Of a stretch of 64,000 nt of DNA, positions 46,738-57,024 are shown one piece after another. The notes under the pieces were generated by a model. That model was not told the origin of the DNA. It was given only the letters and a program-made list of their open reading frames with translations, and ran no database searches. A program made the translations under genes and the position numbers. The DNA is from Candidatus Latescibacterota bacterium (GTDB lineage: Bacteria; Latescibacterota; UBA2968; GCA-2709665), in NCBI GenBank assembly GCA_963662665.2, contig CAXXJS010000010.1, positions 320,001-384,000 on the forward strand, written 5' to 3'. Within the stretch, counting starts at the first letter, position 1, and the number at the start of each line of letters is the position of its first letter.

Positions 46738-47460
46738 ATGCCAACTCGCACGCTACTTGTGGTTCTCACCCTTATCCTGTTTGCCAGTCCGGCGACCGCC
46801 CAGATTGAGAACATTTCTGTAGAGGGCGGCGTGGATCTCGTCTCCCACTATATCTTCCGGGGCGTCGTTTTCACGGACAAGCCCACGGCGCAACCATCGC
46901 TGACCGTTGGCTTCGGTGAATCCGGTGTTGCTTTCAACATCTGGGGTTCGGCAGCGCTCAAACAGAGGAGCATTCAGGACGCGGGCGATGAGCTCGACTT
47001 CACGTTATCATACGACCGCAATCTGGGAGAAGAGTACGAAAACTTGGGGGTTACTCTGGGGATGATTCAATACACTTTTCCAAGCCTGGCGAAGGGCGAC
47101 AGACTTACCACGGAGTTTTTCGCCGGCCTGAGCCTGGATGTTTTGGCATCCCCGTCACTTACGCTTTACCGCGACCTGGGTCAGTTCGATTACTGGTATC
47201 TCAACGGCAGTATCGGTCACGAAGTCCAACTGACGCCTGAGGGCAACGTGTCCCTCGGTGTCTCCGGCGATATAGGATACAGTGACGGCACCGACAAGTT
47301 CGAATTCAACCACGTCGGCGGGTCGGTTTCACTAAGCGCAAGCCACAGCCTCTTCTCAGTCTCGGCGAATATCGGCATCATTCGTTGGATCGAAGACATC
47401 AACTCCAGAGACGAGCAAAACCAGGTCTGGGGCGGCGTCAGTCTGGGTTTCGCCTATTAG
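46738..47460 (+). CDS. TorF-like putative outer-membrane porin
   Basis: Signal peptide, S.YIFRG..FTD.P..Q, WGS, ELD, YTFP, terminal aromatic beta strand GVSLGFAY. Confidence 0.78.
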   Translation: MPTRTLLVVLTLILFASPATAQIENISVEGGVDLVSHYIFRGVVFTDKPTAQPSLTVGFGESGVAFNIWGSAALKQRSIQDAGDELDFTLSYDRNLGEEYENLGVTLGMIQYTFPSLAKGDRLTTEFFAGLSLDVLASPSLTLYRDLGQFDYWYLNGSIGHEVQLTPEGNVSLGVSGDIGYSDGTDKFEFNHVGGSVSLSASHSLFSVSANIGIIRWIEDINSRDEQNQVWGGVSLGFAY

Positions 47461-47549
47461 CAACAGGTAACATTAAATCGCCGGGTATGAGCCGAAACGC
47501 GCAGATGCACGCGTGAAGGTGTACATCGGGTGTGGGCTGGCGCGTGTGC

Positions 47550-47588
47550 CGGTGTCGGGACGAGTAAAATCGTCCCGGCGCCGTTTTT
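47550..47588 (+). terminator. Intrinsic terminator
   Basis: CGGTGTCGGGACGA/TCGTCCCGGCGCCG stem followed by TTTTT. Confidence 0.65.
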
Positions 47589-47704
47589 GGGTGACTTCCC
47601 CGGTCGCCTTATCCGATTATTGAATCGCTCTCTGGGCGTTGCAGGAACCCGCGCGGCGATCCTCGTTGCGCATTCGGCGGCGAACTGAAATCGGAACCGG
47701 ATTT

Positions 47705-48964
47705 ATGCGAAAAACACTGTGCGGGTTCATCCTCGGAGTGTGCGTCATTGTAACCGCGCCGTGTGTCGCCGGGGCCGCCGGCAACGGCGGTGCAACCGTT
47801 GCGCCGGCCGATCCTGCGCTCCGCGAATTCGTTCAGTATATTGTCCACGCGAACCCCCGTGTCAAGGCGGCCCGAGAAGCGCTGGAGGCGAGAAGGAGCT
47901 ATCGAGACGCCGCGTCGCGACCGCTATACAACCCGGAGATCAATGCAGACTACGAAAGAACCCACGAAACCCGCTACTGGATCGGCATCGGATATACGAT
48001 CGACTGGGGCGGTAAGGGCAGGGCCCGCGGAGCGCTGGCGGAATCCCAGCGGCGGGTCGCCGAGGCGGAGGTCGCCCTTGTACGCCGCAGCGTAACCATC
48101 AACCTGCTGAACGGCCTGGCCGCCCACTGGACCAGCGCCGAACGCGACAGCCTCGCTTCGTCACGGCGAGCGCTGATGCAGGAGTTCGCAGCGCTTGCGC
48201 AGCGCCGATTCGAGACGGGCGACTTGAACCTGGTGGAGCTGGATCTGGCGCGGCTGGCTTACCTGGAAGCGCGAATCCGGAACGCTACCGCGGCGGCGGC
48301 GCTTGCCGAGGCGAGGCAGGCCGTCCGCGGACTCGCTACGGACCTGCCAGTGTCACAGTGGCCTCCACTACCCGCATCTCTACCGGACGTGCCGGAAGGC
48401 GCGGATGTCAAGTCCCTGATCGGGGCGCTCCCGGAGGTCCTCGCCGCCAGGCGCCGGGAGGATGCGGCAGCGGCGCTTGTAATGCTTCGGCGCAGGGAAC
48501 GACGGCCCGATCCGACTCTGAACGTGGGGAGCGGCAGCGAGGCAGGCGACCGGCTCGCGGTTGCGGAATTGTCGATCCCGCTGCCGTTGCTCAATCGCTT
48601 CAGGGACGAAGTGGACGGGGCCGCCGCCGAACACCGCGCGGCGCAGCAGGACGCGGAAGACGTGTCGCGCCGCGCGCGTGCCCGCCTGATCAGCGCGACC
48701 GAACGCTACCAGCTGGCGCTGGCCGCGTGGGAAGACTGGCAGAAGACCGGTCAGGCGAGCCTCACCCGGCAGCAGGAACAACTGCGGACGCTTTGGAAAG
48801 CCGGCGACGTCGGCACCACGGACTACCTTGTGCAGGCAGGACTGTCACTGGATGTACGGGAGAGCGCACTGAACCTTCGGGAATCGTTGTGGCGGGCATG
48901 GTTTGAGTGGTTGTCCGCATCGGGACAGATCGACGCCTGGATTGGATACGGCACAAACCGTTGA
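47705..48964 (+). CDS. czcC: TolC/CzcC outer-membrane efflux factor
   Basis: Signal peptide, NPRVKAA, RRFETGD, PDPTL..G, LSIPLPLLNR. First gene of an RND triad. Confidence 0.82.
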   Translation: MRKTLCGFILGVCVIVTAPCVAGAAGNGGATVAPADPALREFVQYIVHANPRVKAAREALEARRSYRDAASRPLYNPEINADYERTHETRYWIGIGYTIDWGGKGRARGALAESQRRVAEAEVALVRRSVTINLLNGLAAHWTSAERDSLASSRRALMQEFAALAQRRFETGDLNLVELDLARLAYLEARIRNATAAAALAEARQAVRGLATDLPVSQWPPLPASLPDVPEGADVKSLIGALPEVLAARRREDAAAALVMLRRRERRPDPTLNVGSGSEAGDRLAVAELSIPLPLLNRFRDEVDGAAAEHRAAQQDAEDVSRRARARLISATERYQLALAAWEDWQKTGQASLTRQQEQLRTLWKAGDVGTTDYLVQAGLSLDVRESALNLRESLWRAWFEWLSASGQIDAWIGYGTNR

Positions 48965-49001
48965 ATCGTCGTCTCGGGCGAATGGAAATGGAGAAACACC
49001 G

Positions 49002-50123
49002 ATGAACACCCGGACACTCTTTGCATTGTGCGTGACCCTGGCGATGGCTGCCCCTGTCTCTGCGGAGGATGCCGGCCACGAGAAGCCGGAAGGCGAAGCG
49101 TCCGGGAAAATCGAACTGAGCGCCGAGGAGCAACGCGCTGCCGGCATTGCCGTCGACCGCGTGGCACGACGGGCGTTGGGCGAGACCATTCGCGTGCCCG
49201 GTAACGTGGGGATCAATATGTACAAGTCCTCTCGCGTTACCCCCCGCATTACGGCTCAGGTTGTCGCCCGCCACGTTATCCTCGGCGAGTCGGTCCGCGC
49301 CGGCCAGCGGATGGTGACGCTGTCCAGCGTAGCCATGGCCGAAGCACAGGGCGAATTGATTGTTGCCAACCGGGAATGGGAACGGGCAAGGAGCCTCGGT
49401 TCGGAATCCGTGTCCGAGCGACGTTACACGGAGGCGCGCGTAGCCCGTCAACTGGCGCTGGCCAGAGTACTCGCCTACGGGATGACAGAGGCGCATGCGC
49501 ACGCGTTGATGAATTCCGCCGATGCGGACATGGCCAGCGGTGTGTTCGTTCTTCTGGCTCCGCAGGCAGGGACCGTCTTGCAGGACAACTTCATCGTGGG
49601 CGAATTGATCGAACCCGGCCGCGTGCTCTTCGATATCAGTGACGAGTCCGTAATGTGGGTGGAAGCCAGACCGATCGCCGTGGGCACGCCTGACATCCAC
49701 ACGGGGATGTCCGCGCGAGTCAGTCCGGACGGTATCAACTGGATTCACGGTACGGTTGTTCAACGCTACCACCGCGTTGATGAGACCACACGTACGCACG
49801 GCGTCCGAATTGAAGTAGACAATCCGGACGACGAGCTGCACGAGAGACAATTTGTCGAGGTGGAGATCGTTACGGGCAGCGGGGAACCGGTGTTGGCAGT
49901 ACCGAACGCCGCTGTGACAATGATCGACGATACACCGACCGTGTTCAAAATCGAAGCCGGCCATGAGTTTCACGCGGAATCGATCGTCGCCGGTGCAACC
50001 GTGGGCGACTGGACGGTTGTTTCAGCCGGGCTGCAGGCCGGGGACGAAATCGCGGTTGCCGGCGTGTTTCATTTGAAGTCGCTGCTGCTCAAGTCCTCGC
50101 TGGGCGGCGGCCACGCGCATTAG
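49002..50123 (+). CDS. czcB: CzcB-like membrane fusion protein
   Basis: AEAQGEL, APQAGTV, VDETTRT, LAVP, His-rich tail GGGHAH. Confidence 0.85.
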   Translation: MNTRTLFALCVTLAMAAPVSAEDAGHEKPEGEASGKIELSAEEQRAAGIAVDRVARRALGETIRVPGNVGINMYKSSRVTPRITAQVVARHVILGESVRAGQRMVTLSSVAMAEAQGELIVANREWERARSLGSESVSERRYTEARVARQLALARVLAYGMTEAHAHALMNSADADMASGVFVLLAPQAGTVLQDNFIVGELIEPGRVLFDISDESVMWVEARPIAVGTPDIHTGMSARVSPDGINWIHGTVVQRYHRVDETTRTHGVRIEVDNPDDELHERQFVEVEIVTGSGEPVLAVPNAAVTMIDDTPTVFKIEAGHEFHAESIVAGATVGDWTVVSAGLQAGDEIAVAGVFHLKSLLLKSSLGGGHAH

Positions 50124-50132
50124 AGGGGCTCC

Positions 50133-53100
50133 GTGTTAGAAAAACTGGTTGAAACCTCGGTGCGCTACAAAGTCCTGGTGCTGATCGCCTTCGGCGCGGT
50201 GGCCTTTCTGGGCTGGCGGGCGGTCGTGACCGTTCCGATCGACGCATTCCCCGACGTAACGCCCGCCCAGGTCAACATTTATACCGAGTCGCCAGGTCTG
50301 GCGGCGGAGGACGTTGAACAACTCCTCACGTTTCCGGTAGAATCCGCAATGGCGGGCCTGCCCCGGGTAAAGCAGATTCGCTCGGTGAGCCTGTTCGGCC
50401 TCTCGTACGTGGCGGTGTACTTCGAAGATGACATGGACATCTACTTCGCGCGCCGCCTGGTGATGGAACGCCTCCAGGAAGTCGGAGACCGGATTCCCGA
50501 CGGTTACGGCACGCCGGAAATGGGCCCGAATACGTCGGGCCTCGGGCAGGTCTTCTGGTACACGCTCGAACGGGCCGATGAAAAGCTGAATGCCGGGATT
50601 ACGGACATGGATCTGCGGACGCTCCACGATTGGAGCGTCCGTTTGATTTTACGTACCGCGCCAGGCGTGGACGACGTGATTTCCTGGGGAGGGCAGGAGC
50701 GCCAGTACCAGGTTGTAATAGATCCTTTGAGTCTTATCGAGTACGACCTCACGTTCACCGACGTGATAGAAGTGATCGAGGCCAACAACCGGCAGGTCGG
50801 GGGCCAGTACGTCAATCTCGGCGCTGAACAATTCCTGGTGCGCGGTCTCGGCCTTGTCAAGAACGAAGACGACATTGGCGCGATGGTCGTCAAGGTTGAG
50901 GACGGCACGCCGGTCTACCTCCGCCACGTCGCCGACATTGTGCAGGGAGGAGCCCTCCGCTTCGGCGCCGTGACCCGCGACGGCAAGGAAGTTGTACTCG
51001 GCATGGCCCTTTCGCGCATCGGTGAGAACGCCGCCGCCGTGGTCGACGCCGTTAAGGAAAAAGTCGCAATCGTCAACAGGTCCCTGCCGGAAGGCGTCAA
51101 GTTGCGGCCAGTTTACGAACGCACCGACCTGGTGAATCGTTCGGTGGATACGGCGACAAACGCGCTTCTGCAGGGTGCGATTGTGGTGGCCATTGTGTTG
51201 TTCCTTTTCCTTGGCGAACTCCGTTCCGCGGTGGTCGTTATCGCGTCCATTCCGCTGGCGATGCTTGTCGCCTTCATCTTTATGGGCCAGGCGGGAATCT
51301 CCGCCAATCTCATGTCGCTGGCCGGCCTCGCGGTTGGCATCGGCATGATCGTCGATGGCGCCGTGGTCGTGGTCGAGAACGCCTTTCGCATCATGGCGGA
51401 GCGGAAGGAGGCCGGGCAGGCCGTCGATCGTTCCAGCGCCGTGCTGGCCGCCGCGCGGAGCGTGGCGAATCCGATCGCCTTCGCCATCATAATCATCATT
51501 GTCGTGTTTCTACCGCTATTCGCGCTCGAGGGGCTTGAAGGCAAGCTTTTCAAACCGATGGCGTTCAATATCAGCTTCGCGATGGCCGGCTCGCTTGTTT
51601 TGACGCTCACGCTGATACCTGTACTGGCCGCGCTGGTCCTCAAGCCGAAGGAACTGCGGGATACGTGGCTGGTTCGCGTGGTCAAGGCGCGCTATATACC
51701 GCTCTTGGCCGGCGCCCTCGAAAACAAGAAGATTGTGGTTCGAATCGCCGTCGGGCTGCTGGCGGCAAGCCTTGCGCTCTTTCCCTTTCTCGGCAGGGAG
51801 TTCATGCCCCAGCTGCAGGAGGGCTCGATCATGTGGCGCGTCACGTCCATCCCTTCCGCGTCGCTCGATCAGTCGATTGCGATTTCCAAGGACATCGAGA
51901 ACGCCCTTTCCGGGTTTCCGGAGGTGAACACCACTGTGGCCATGATCGGACGCGCCGAAAAGGGTGAGACGGCCGACGTGAACTACATGGAGATTTACAC
52001 CGAACTCAAGCCGGAGGACGAATGGCCGGGCGACCGGGATATCGGGGAACTCGCCGAAGCGATGCGGGAGAAGCTGGAGGCCGTGGTTCCGACCGCCGTG
52101 GTGGCATTTACGCAACCGATCCAGATGCGCGTGGAGGAACTCATTTCCGGTGTACGCGCGACGCTCGCTGCAAAGATCTACGGTGAGGACCTGGCGGAAC
52201 TCAATCGGTTGAGCCTCCGGATCAAGGATGTCATCGCATCGGTGGACGGCGTGGCCGATCTTTCGCTGGAGGCCAATATCGGCAAACCTCAGATCCGCCT
52301 CCAGGTCCGCCGGGATCACCTTGCGCGTTTCGGCATGAGTACCGACGAGGTGTTGTCGGTTGTGCGGACCGGCATCGGCAACGAACCTGTGTCCACTTTG
52401 ATCGACGGCGTCCGCCGGTTCGACATTACCGCGCGGCTGGACGACGCGTCCAAGTCCTCGGTGCAGGCGATCGGCCGTATTCCTCTCAAAACCAGCGTCG
52501 GCGCCATCATTCCCCTCTCGGAAGTCACTGACGTCAGCGTGGCGCAGGGGTATTCGTTCGTGCGCCGGGAGCAGTTGCAGCGCTACGCGGTCATTCAGAT
52601 GGACGTCCGCGGCCGCGATATCGACGGGTTTGTCCGGGACGCGAACGCGGCCATCGAACAACAGATCGGCCTGCCGCCGGGTTACTGGATCGAATGGGGT
52701 GGTGCGTTCGAAAACCAGCAGCGCGCGCTGGCCCGGCTTTCAATTATCGTACCGCTTACGATCCTCTTCATTTTCGTTCTGCTCTACACCGCGTTTAATT
52801 CGGTGAAATATGCCATGCTGATTATCGCGAACGTGCCGTTCGCCACTATTGGGGGGCTGATCGCGTTGTTCATCAGCGGACAATACGTGTCGGTCCCCTC
52901 AGCGATCGGTTTTATCACCGTATTCGGTGTGGCGATGCTCAACGGTATCGTTCTCGTGAGTTTCATCAATGAACTCCGGCAGAAGGGACATTCCATCGAG
53001 GAAGCGGTGCGACAGGGGGCCTCGTTGCGCCTGCGTCCAGTCCTGATGACAGCGAGCACATCCATCCTGGGTTTGATGCCGATGCTGCTGTCTTCGGGTG

Positions 53101-53249
53101 TGGGTGCGGAGACGCAGCGTCCGCTCGCCTCCGTCGTGGTAGGCGGTCTCATCACCTCTACCCTGTTGACGTTGATCCTCCTGCCGGTGATCTACGAGTG
53201 GATGGAAAAACGCGCCGAGCAACATGCAGACCATAGTCGTCCCATATAG
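50133..53249 (+). CDS. czcA: CusA/CzcA heavy-metal efflux RND permease
   Basis: PIDAFPDVT, NLMSLAGL, GMIVDGAVVVVEN, GVAMLNG, RLRPVLMTA. Confidence 0.92.
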   Translation: MLEKLVETSVRYKVLVLIAFGAVAFLGWRAVVTVPIDAFPDVTPAQVNIYTESPGLAAEDVEQLLTFPVESAMAGLPRVKQIRSVSLFGLSYVAVYFEDDMDIYFARRLVMERLQEVGDRIPDGYGTPEMGPNTSGLGQVFWYTLERADEKLNAGITDMDLRTLHDWSVRLILRTAPGVDDVISWGGQERQYQVVIDPLSLIEYDLTFTDVIEVIEANNRQVGGQYVNLGAEQFLVRGLGLVKNEDDIGAMVVKVEDGTPVYLRHVADIVQGGALRFGAVTRDGKEVVLGMALSRIGENAAAVVDAVKEKVAIVNRSLPEGVKLRPVYERTDLVNRSVDTATNALLQGAIVVAIVLFLFLGELRSAVVVIASIPLAMLVAFIFMGQAGISANLMSLAGLAVGIGMIVDGAVVVVENAFRIMAERKEAGQAVDRSSAVLAAARSVANPIAFAIIIIIVVFLPLFALEGLEGKLFKPMAFNISFAMAGSLVLTLTLIPVLAALVLKPKELRDTWLVRVVKARYIPLLAGALENKKIVVRIAVGLLAASLALFPFLGREFMPQLQEGSIMWRVTSIPSASLDQSIAISKDIENALSGFPEVNTTVAMIGRAEKGETADVNYMEIYTELKPEDEWPGDRDIGELAEAMREKLEAVVPTAVVAFTQPIQMRVEELISGVRATLAAKIYGEDLAELNRLSLRIKDVIASVDGVADLSLEANIGKPQIRLQVRRDHLARFGMSTDEVLSVVRTGIGNEPVSTLIDGVRRFDITARLDDASKSSVQAIGRIPLKTSVGAIIPLSEVTDVSVAQGYSFVRREQLQRYAVIQMDVRGRDIDGFVRDANAAIEQQIGLPPGYWIEWGGAFENQQRALARLSIIVPLTILFIFVLLYTAFNSVKYAMLIIANVPFATIGGLIALFISGQYVSVPSAIGFITVFGVAMLNGIVLVSFINELRQKGHSIEEAVRQGASLRLRPVLMTASTSILGLMPMLLSSGVGAETQRPLASVVVGGLITSTLLTLILLPVIYEWMEKRAEQHADHSRPI

Positions 53250-53258
53250 GAGAAAACC

Positions 53259-54536
53259 ATGAAAAGCGGTGTCGCGGTGGCAGACATTACGCCGGAACCG
53301 GGTCCCGTGCTGCAGGGGCACTGGAGTACGAATCCCTCGCACTCGGTGCTGTACCCGCTGGAGGTTCGGGCAATCGTGTTCGAAGAGGCAGGGGTGAGGA
53401 CGGCGATCGCCACCCTGGATGTAATTGGCGTGAGGAAAGAGACGACCGATCGGATCCGGGCGCAGGTGACCGAGGCTTGCGGCATTCCGGGCGATCACGT
53501 GATGGTGGCGTGCAGCCACACGCATTCAGCGCCGGCCACCCTGCCATCGCTGGGGATGGAACCACCGGAAGGATGGATGGAAACGATCGAGAGAGAAACC
53601 GCGGCGAGCATTGCACGGGCGGCGGCGGACCTCAAGCCCGTGCGGTTCGGGCTGGGATGTGGTTCGGCGCATTTCAATATTTGCCGCAGGCCGCTGCCGG
53701 GCACGGCCGGCATGATGCTGAATTTCGGCGGTATCGTGGACCGGCGCGCACGTGTGCTATTGGTGGAGGCGGAGGACGGGGTTCCGCAGGCGGTGCTGTT
53801 TCACTATTCATGCCATACCACCACCAAGAGCGGGGCCGAGGGTTATATTTCGCCCGATTACGCGGGTATCGCCCGTCGCGTGATTGAAGACGCGATTGGA
53901 TGTAAAGCGCTGTTTCTGGCAGGGTGCTTCGGTAATATTCGGCCTGCCGTATTGAATCCTGAAACGGGAGGATTCAAATCCGCAAGCAAAGCCGAACTGG
54001 ATGCATGCGGTGAGGAGTTGGGGCGCGAAGTGGTACGCGTAGCGCAAAACCTGAAGACCCGTCGGACTTCGCAATTAAGCGCCAGGCGCACCGATATGCG
54101 GATTTCATTCGGCGAGCACGATCCGGTTGAGAAGCTTCGGGCAATCGCGACCGACGAGAGCGACCGCGGGCGCCTGCTGATCGGGCCCTGGGCAGCCCGG
54201 GTGTTGGAGATGATCGGGAGCGGCGGGATACCCGACAGCCGCGAAACGGAAATGCAGCTGATGGCGGTGGGGCCTCTGACGTGTGTCACCATCCCCGGTG
54301 AGCCAGTACAGGAAATCGGACACGCAATTGAGAAACGCCTGAGGGGAATGATGGATGCGGATGACGTGTGGCCGGTGGGATATGCGAACGACGAAATCGG
54401 ATACCTCTGTACCGAACGGCAATACGAGGAGGGGGGATACGAGCCCAACGCATACCCCTATTACGGCGAACCGGCCAGGTTCAAGGGGGAAGAGAAAACC
54501 ATCGTGCAGACGGCACAGTCCCTGGCGAAGGCTTGA
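53259..54536 (+). CDS. Neutral/alkaline ceramidase-like hydrolase
   Basis: GVAVADITP, CSHTHSAP, YSCH, SPDYAG, PGEP, GYAND..GY...Y.EGGYE. Confidence 0.82.
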   Translation: MKSGVAVADITPEPGPVLQGHWSTNPSHSVLYPLEVRAIVFEEAGVRTAIATLDVIGVRKETTDRIRAQVTEACGIPGDHVMVACSHTHSAPATLPSLGMEPPEGWMETIERETAASIARAAADLKPVRFGLGCGSAHFNICRRPLPGTAGMMLNFGGIVDRRARVLLVEAEDGVPQAVLFHYSCHTTTKSGAEGYISPDYAGIARRVIEDAIGCKALFLAGCFGNIRPAVLNPETGGFKSASKAELDACGEELGREVVRVAQNLKTRRTSQLSARRTDMRISFGEHDPVEKLRAIATDESDRGRLLIGPWAARVLEMIGSGGIPDSRETEMQLMAVGPLTCVTIPGEPVQEIGHAIEKRLRGMMDADDVWPVGYANDEIGYLCTERQYEEGGYEPNAYPYYGEPARFKGEEKTIVQTAQSLAKA

Positions 54537-54546
54537 GCAGGTGCAA

Positions 54547-55605
54547 ATGAAACGGGGAGAAATCGACCTCCGGCCGTATTCGGCGGGCGTGTCCGGACGC
54601 GCGGTCCGCGCGGCGATTTACGGAACCGGGTCCTGGGCGAACCAGACCCACATTCCGAACTTGAAGAAGCTGGGCGTGGACGTCGTTGCGGCCTGCGACG
54701 TGGACGCCGCGGCCCTGAGTTGCACGGCAAAGCGCTTCGACATTCCGGCGGTTTATACTGATGGTCACGAGATGGTGGAGAAGGAGCGGTTCGACGTACT
54801 CTTTTCGATTGTGCCGGCTTTTGCACGCACGGACGTCGAAATCAGAGCCGTGGAACGCGGCGTTCATCTGTTCAGTGAAAAGCCGCAGGCGCTTCGCATG
54901 GCCGTGGCCCTCGAGATCGACAGGGCGGTCCGGAAAGCGGCCGTGTTGAGTACAGTCTGTTTTCGGGAACGATACCGACCGCTCTTCGGTGAGGCGCGGC
55001 GGATTCTGTCGAAGAAGCGGATCGTGCACGTCGTGTTTCGGTCCGTAGGTGGACCGCCCCCGCGTAAGGAGGGTATGGAACAGGCTTCCTGGTGGCGCCA
55101 GATGGACAAATCGGGGGGGCCAGCACTCGACTGGGGCGTGCATGCGCTGGATTATACCCGGTTTACGACCGGTTTGGAAGTCGATAAAGTCCAGGCGTTC
55201 TATTGCGAGCAGTCCGAGGTTTTCAGCGATCCGCTCTCGTCCTCCTTCCATTTCCTGCTGGACAACGGCGCGACAATGACGATGACGTTTGTACGTGCGG
55301 ATCCATCGGGTACGCCGCAGCCGTGGTTCACGTTTTTCTTCGAAGGGGGACGACTGGAAATCTATGATTACGACAGAATCGATCTGAACGGAGAGACGGT
55401 CTATCGGGGCGGGGAATTCGACCCATGGTTCGAGCAGGATCGGATTTTTGTGGAGGCATTGCGTTCGGGGCATCGCGGAGGTATACTCAACAACTATCAC
55501 GATGGCCTGTATTCCCTGGCGCCAATCCTTGCAGGGTGGGACTCTGCCCGTCAGGGCGGGCGATGTATTGACGTCAACGCCTACTACATGCAGGAGGAAG
55601 CATGA
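54547..55605 (+). CDS. Gfo/Idh/MocA family oxidoreductase
   Basis: G.G.WA..HIP, HLFSEKP, SGG.ALDWGVHALD. Confidence 0.88.
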   Translation: MKRGEIDLRPYSAGVSGRAVRAAIYGTGSWANQTHIPNLKKLGVDVVAACDVDAAALSCTAKRFDIPAVYTDGHEMVEKERFDVLFSIVPAFARTDVEIRAVERGVHLFSEKPQALRMAVALEIDRAVRKAAVLSTVCFRERYRPLFGEARRILSKKRIVHVVFRSVGGPPPRKEGMEQASWWRQMDKSGGPALDWGVHALDYTRFTTGLEVDKVQAFYCEQSEVFSDPLSSSFHFLLDNGATMTMTFVRADPSGTPQPWFTFFFEGGRLEIYDYDRIDLNGETVYRGGEFDPWFEQDRIFVEALRSGHRGGILNNYHDGLYSLAPILAGWDSARQGGRCIDVNAYYMQEEA

Positions 55606-56438
55606 TGGAAGATAAAGGCTATGCCAATCCCGATTTACTGATGACACCGTCGCATTTGCGTGGTCGTCTCCACGACGAATCGACCTGCGTCGTGGACGTC
55701 CGGCCTACGCACGAATACGTTTCCGGGCATATTCCGGGAGCGCTCCACCTGGATCTCTACGGAATCAGTCTGCATAACACCGGACGACAGGCATTCGAAG
55801 CGTTTATGTGGACCCTGGCCTACCTGATGGGAAGCCGGGGGATCAGCTCCGATGCCACGGTGGTGTTTTACGAAAACGACTCCGGAATGCGCGCGGCCCG
55901 AGGTTTCTGGATTTGTGAATATCTGGGCCACCGTGACGTGCATATACTGGACGGGGGACTTCAGGCTTGGACGGCGGCGGGATTCGAGACCACGGTTGAA
56001 GTCCCGATCCCGGTCCAGGCCACGTTCGATATGGCGCCCCTGGCGGAACGCCATATCGGTTTCGGGGAGATTCGGGATTCGCTGGGTAAGGCGGATTTCG
56101 TGCCGCTGGATACGCGAAGCGACGACGAGTACTACGGTCGGGTGGCGCGTTCCGCCCGGGGTGGGGCGATCCCGGACGCCGTGCATATCGAATATCTGAA
56201 CAACCTGGATGAGTCCGGTGCGTTCAAGCCGGCTGTAGAGTTGCGCGCGATGTACGAGCGCGCAGGCGTCATGCCGGAGCAGACCGTGGCATGCTACTGA
56301 CAGGGCGGGTACCGTTCCTCCCATTCGTACCTGGCGTTGCGCCTGCTGGGCTATCGAAACGTGCGCAACTATATCGGGTCGTGGAAGGAATGGGGCGACC
56401 GGCTGGACCTGCCGGTGGAAGTTCCGGAAGCGCCGTAA
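55602..56438 (+). CDS. Two-domain rhodanese/sulfurtransferase with in-frame TGA at the catalytic site (probable selenoprotein)
   Basis: [26 protein letters not shown], then CY-TGA-QGGYRSS...[17 protein letters not shown] in the same frame, ending at TAA 56436-56438. Confidence 0.88.
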
Positions 56439-56496
56439 TTGAATCGGGAAACGTGTGCGTCGTCAAAGGGATTTCGCACGAGGGGACGGGATGATA

Positions 56497-56964
56497 TCAG
56501 ACACCTCCCATTTTGCAGACGATTTCAAATTCCCGTTTCCTGACGGGTTGGATGGATAAACGCTGGCCCCGCCGGACAACCAGCATTTCACCCAATTCAG
56601 GATTGGCTTTGAGGTCTTTAAGATGAACATACGTCTTGAAGGCCTTTTTCCATTTGACGTCCACGGAGAACCAGCGTGGATCGCCGGGCGTCGATTTGGC
56701 ATCGTAGTAGTTGCTCGCCGGGTCGAAGGCCGATGGGTCAGGATAGGCGGCACGGACAATTTCCGCCAGTCCGGCAATGCCGGGTTCGTCGCAGTTGGAC
56801 TGGTAGAAGAGGACGATGTCGCCCGTACGCATTTCGTCGCGGATGAAGTTGCGGGCCTGGTAGTTGCGCACGCCGCGCCACTTCCCGGTACTGCCGGGAC
56901 GGTTATTCTTCAGATCGTCGAAGCTGCATTCGCTGAACTCGCACTTCATCAGCCAGTATTTCAT
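56497..56964 (-). CDS. EVE domain protein
   Basis: MKYWLMK.E, W.GVRNYQARN, YPDP, RLSIQPV. Confidence 0.93.
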   Translation of the reverse strand: MKYWLMKCEFSECSFDDLKNNRPGSTGKWRGVRNYQARNFIRDEMRTGDIVLFYQSNCDEPGIAGLAEIVRAAYPDPSAFDPASNYYDAKSTPGDPRWFSVDVKWKKAFKTYVHLKDLKANPELGEMLVVRRGQRLSIQPVRKREFEIVCKMGGV

Positions 56965-57024
56965 TGGCGCGATCTCCTCGCCGGCAAATGAGGCGCGGCG
57001 GGTCCCGCGCCTTTTTCCTGTTTG

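Noticed and set aside
56291-56494. Separate 67-aa ORF after the rhodanese
   Set aside because: Wrong frame; the region is explained by UGA read-through of the rhodanese.
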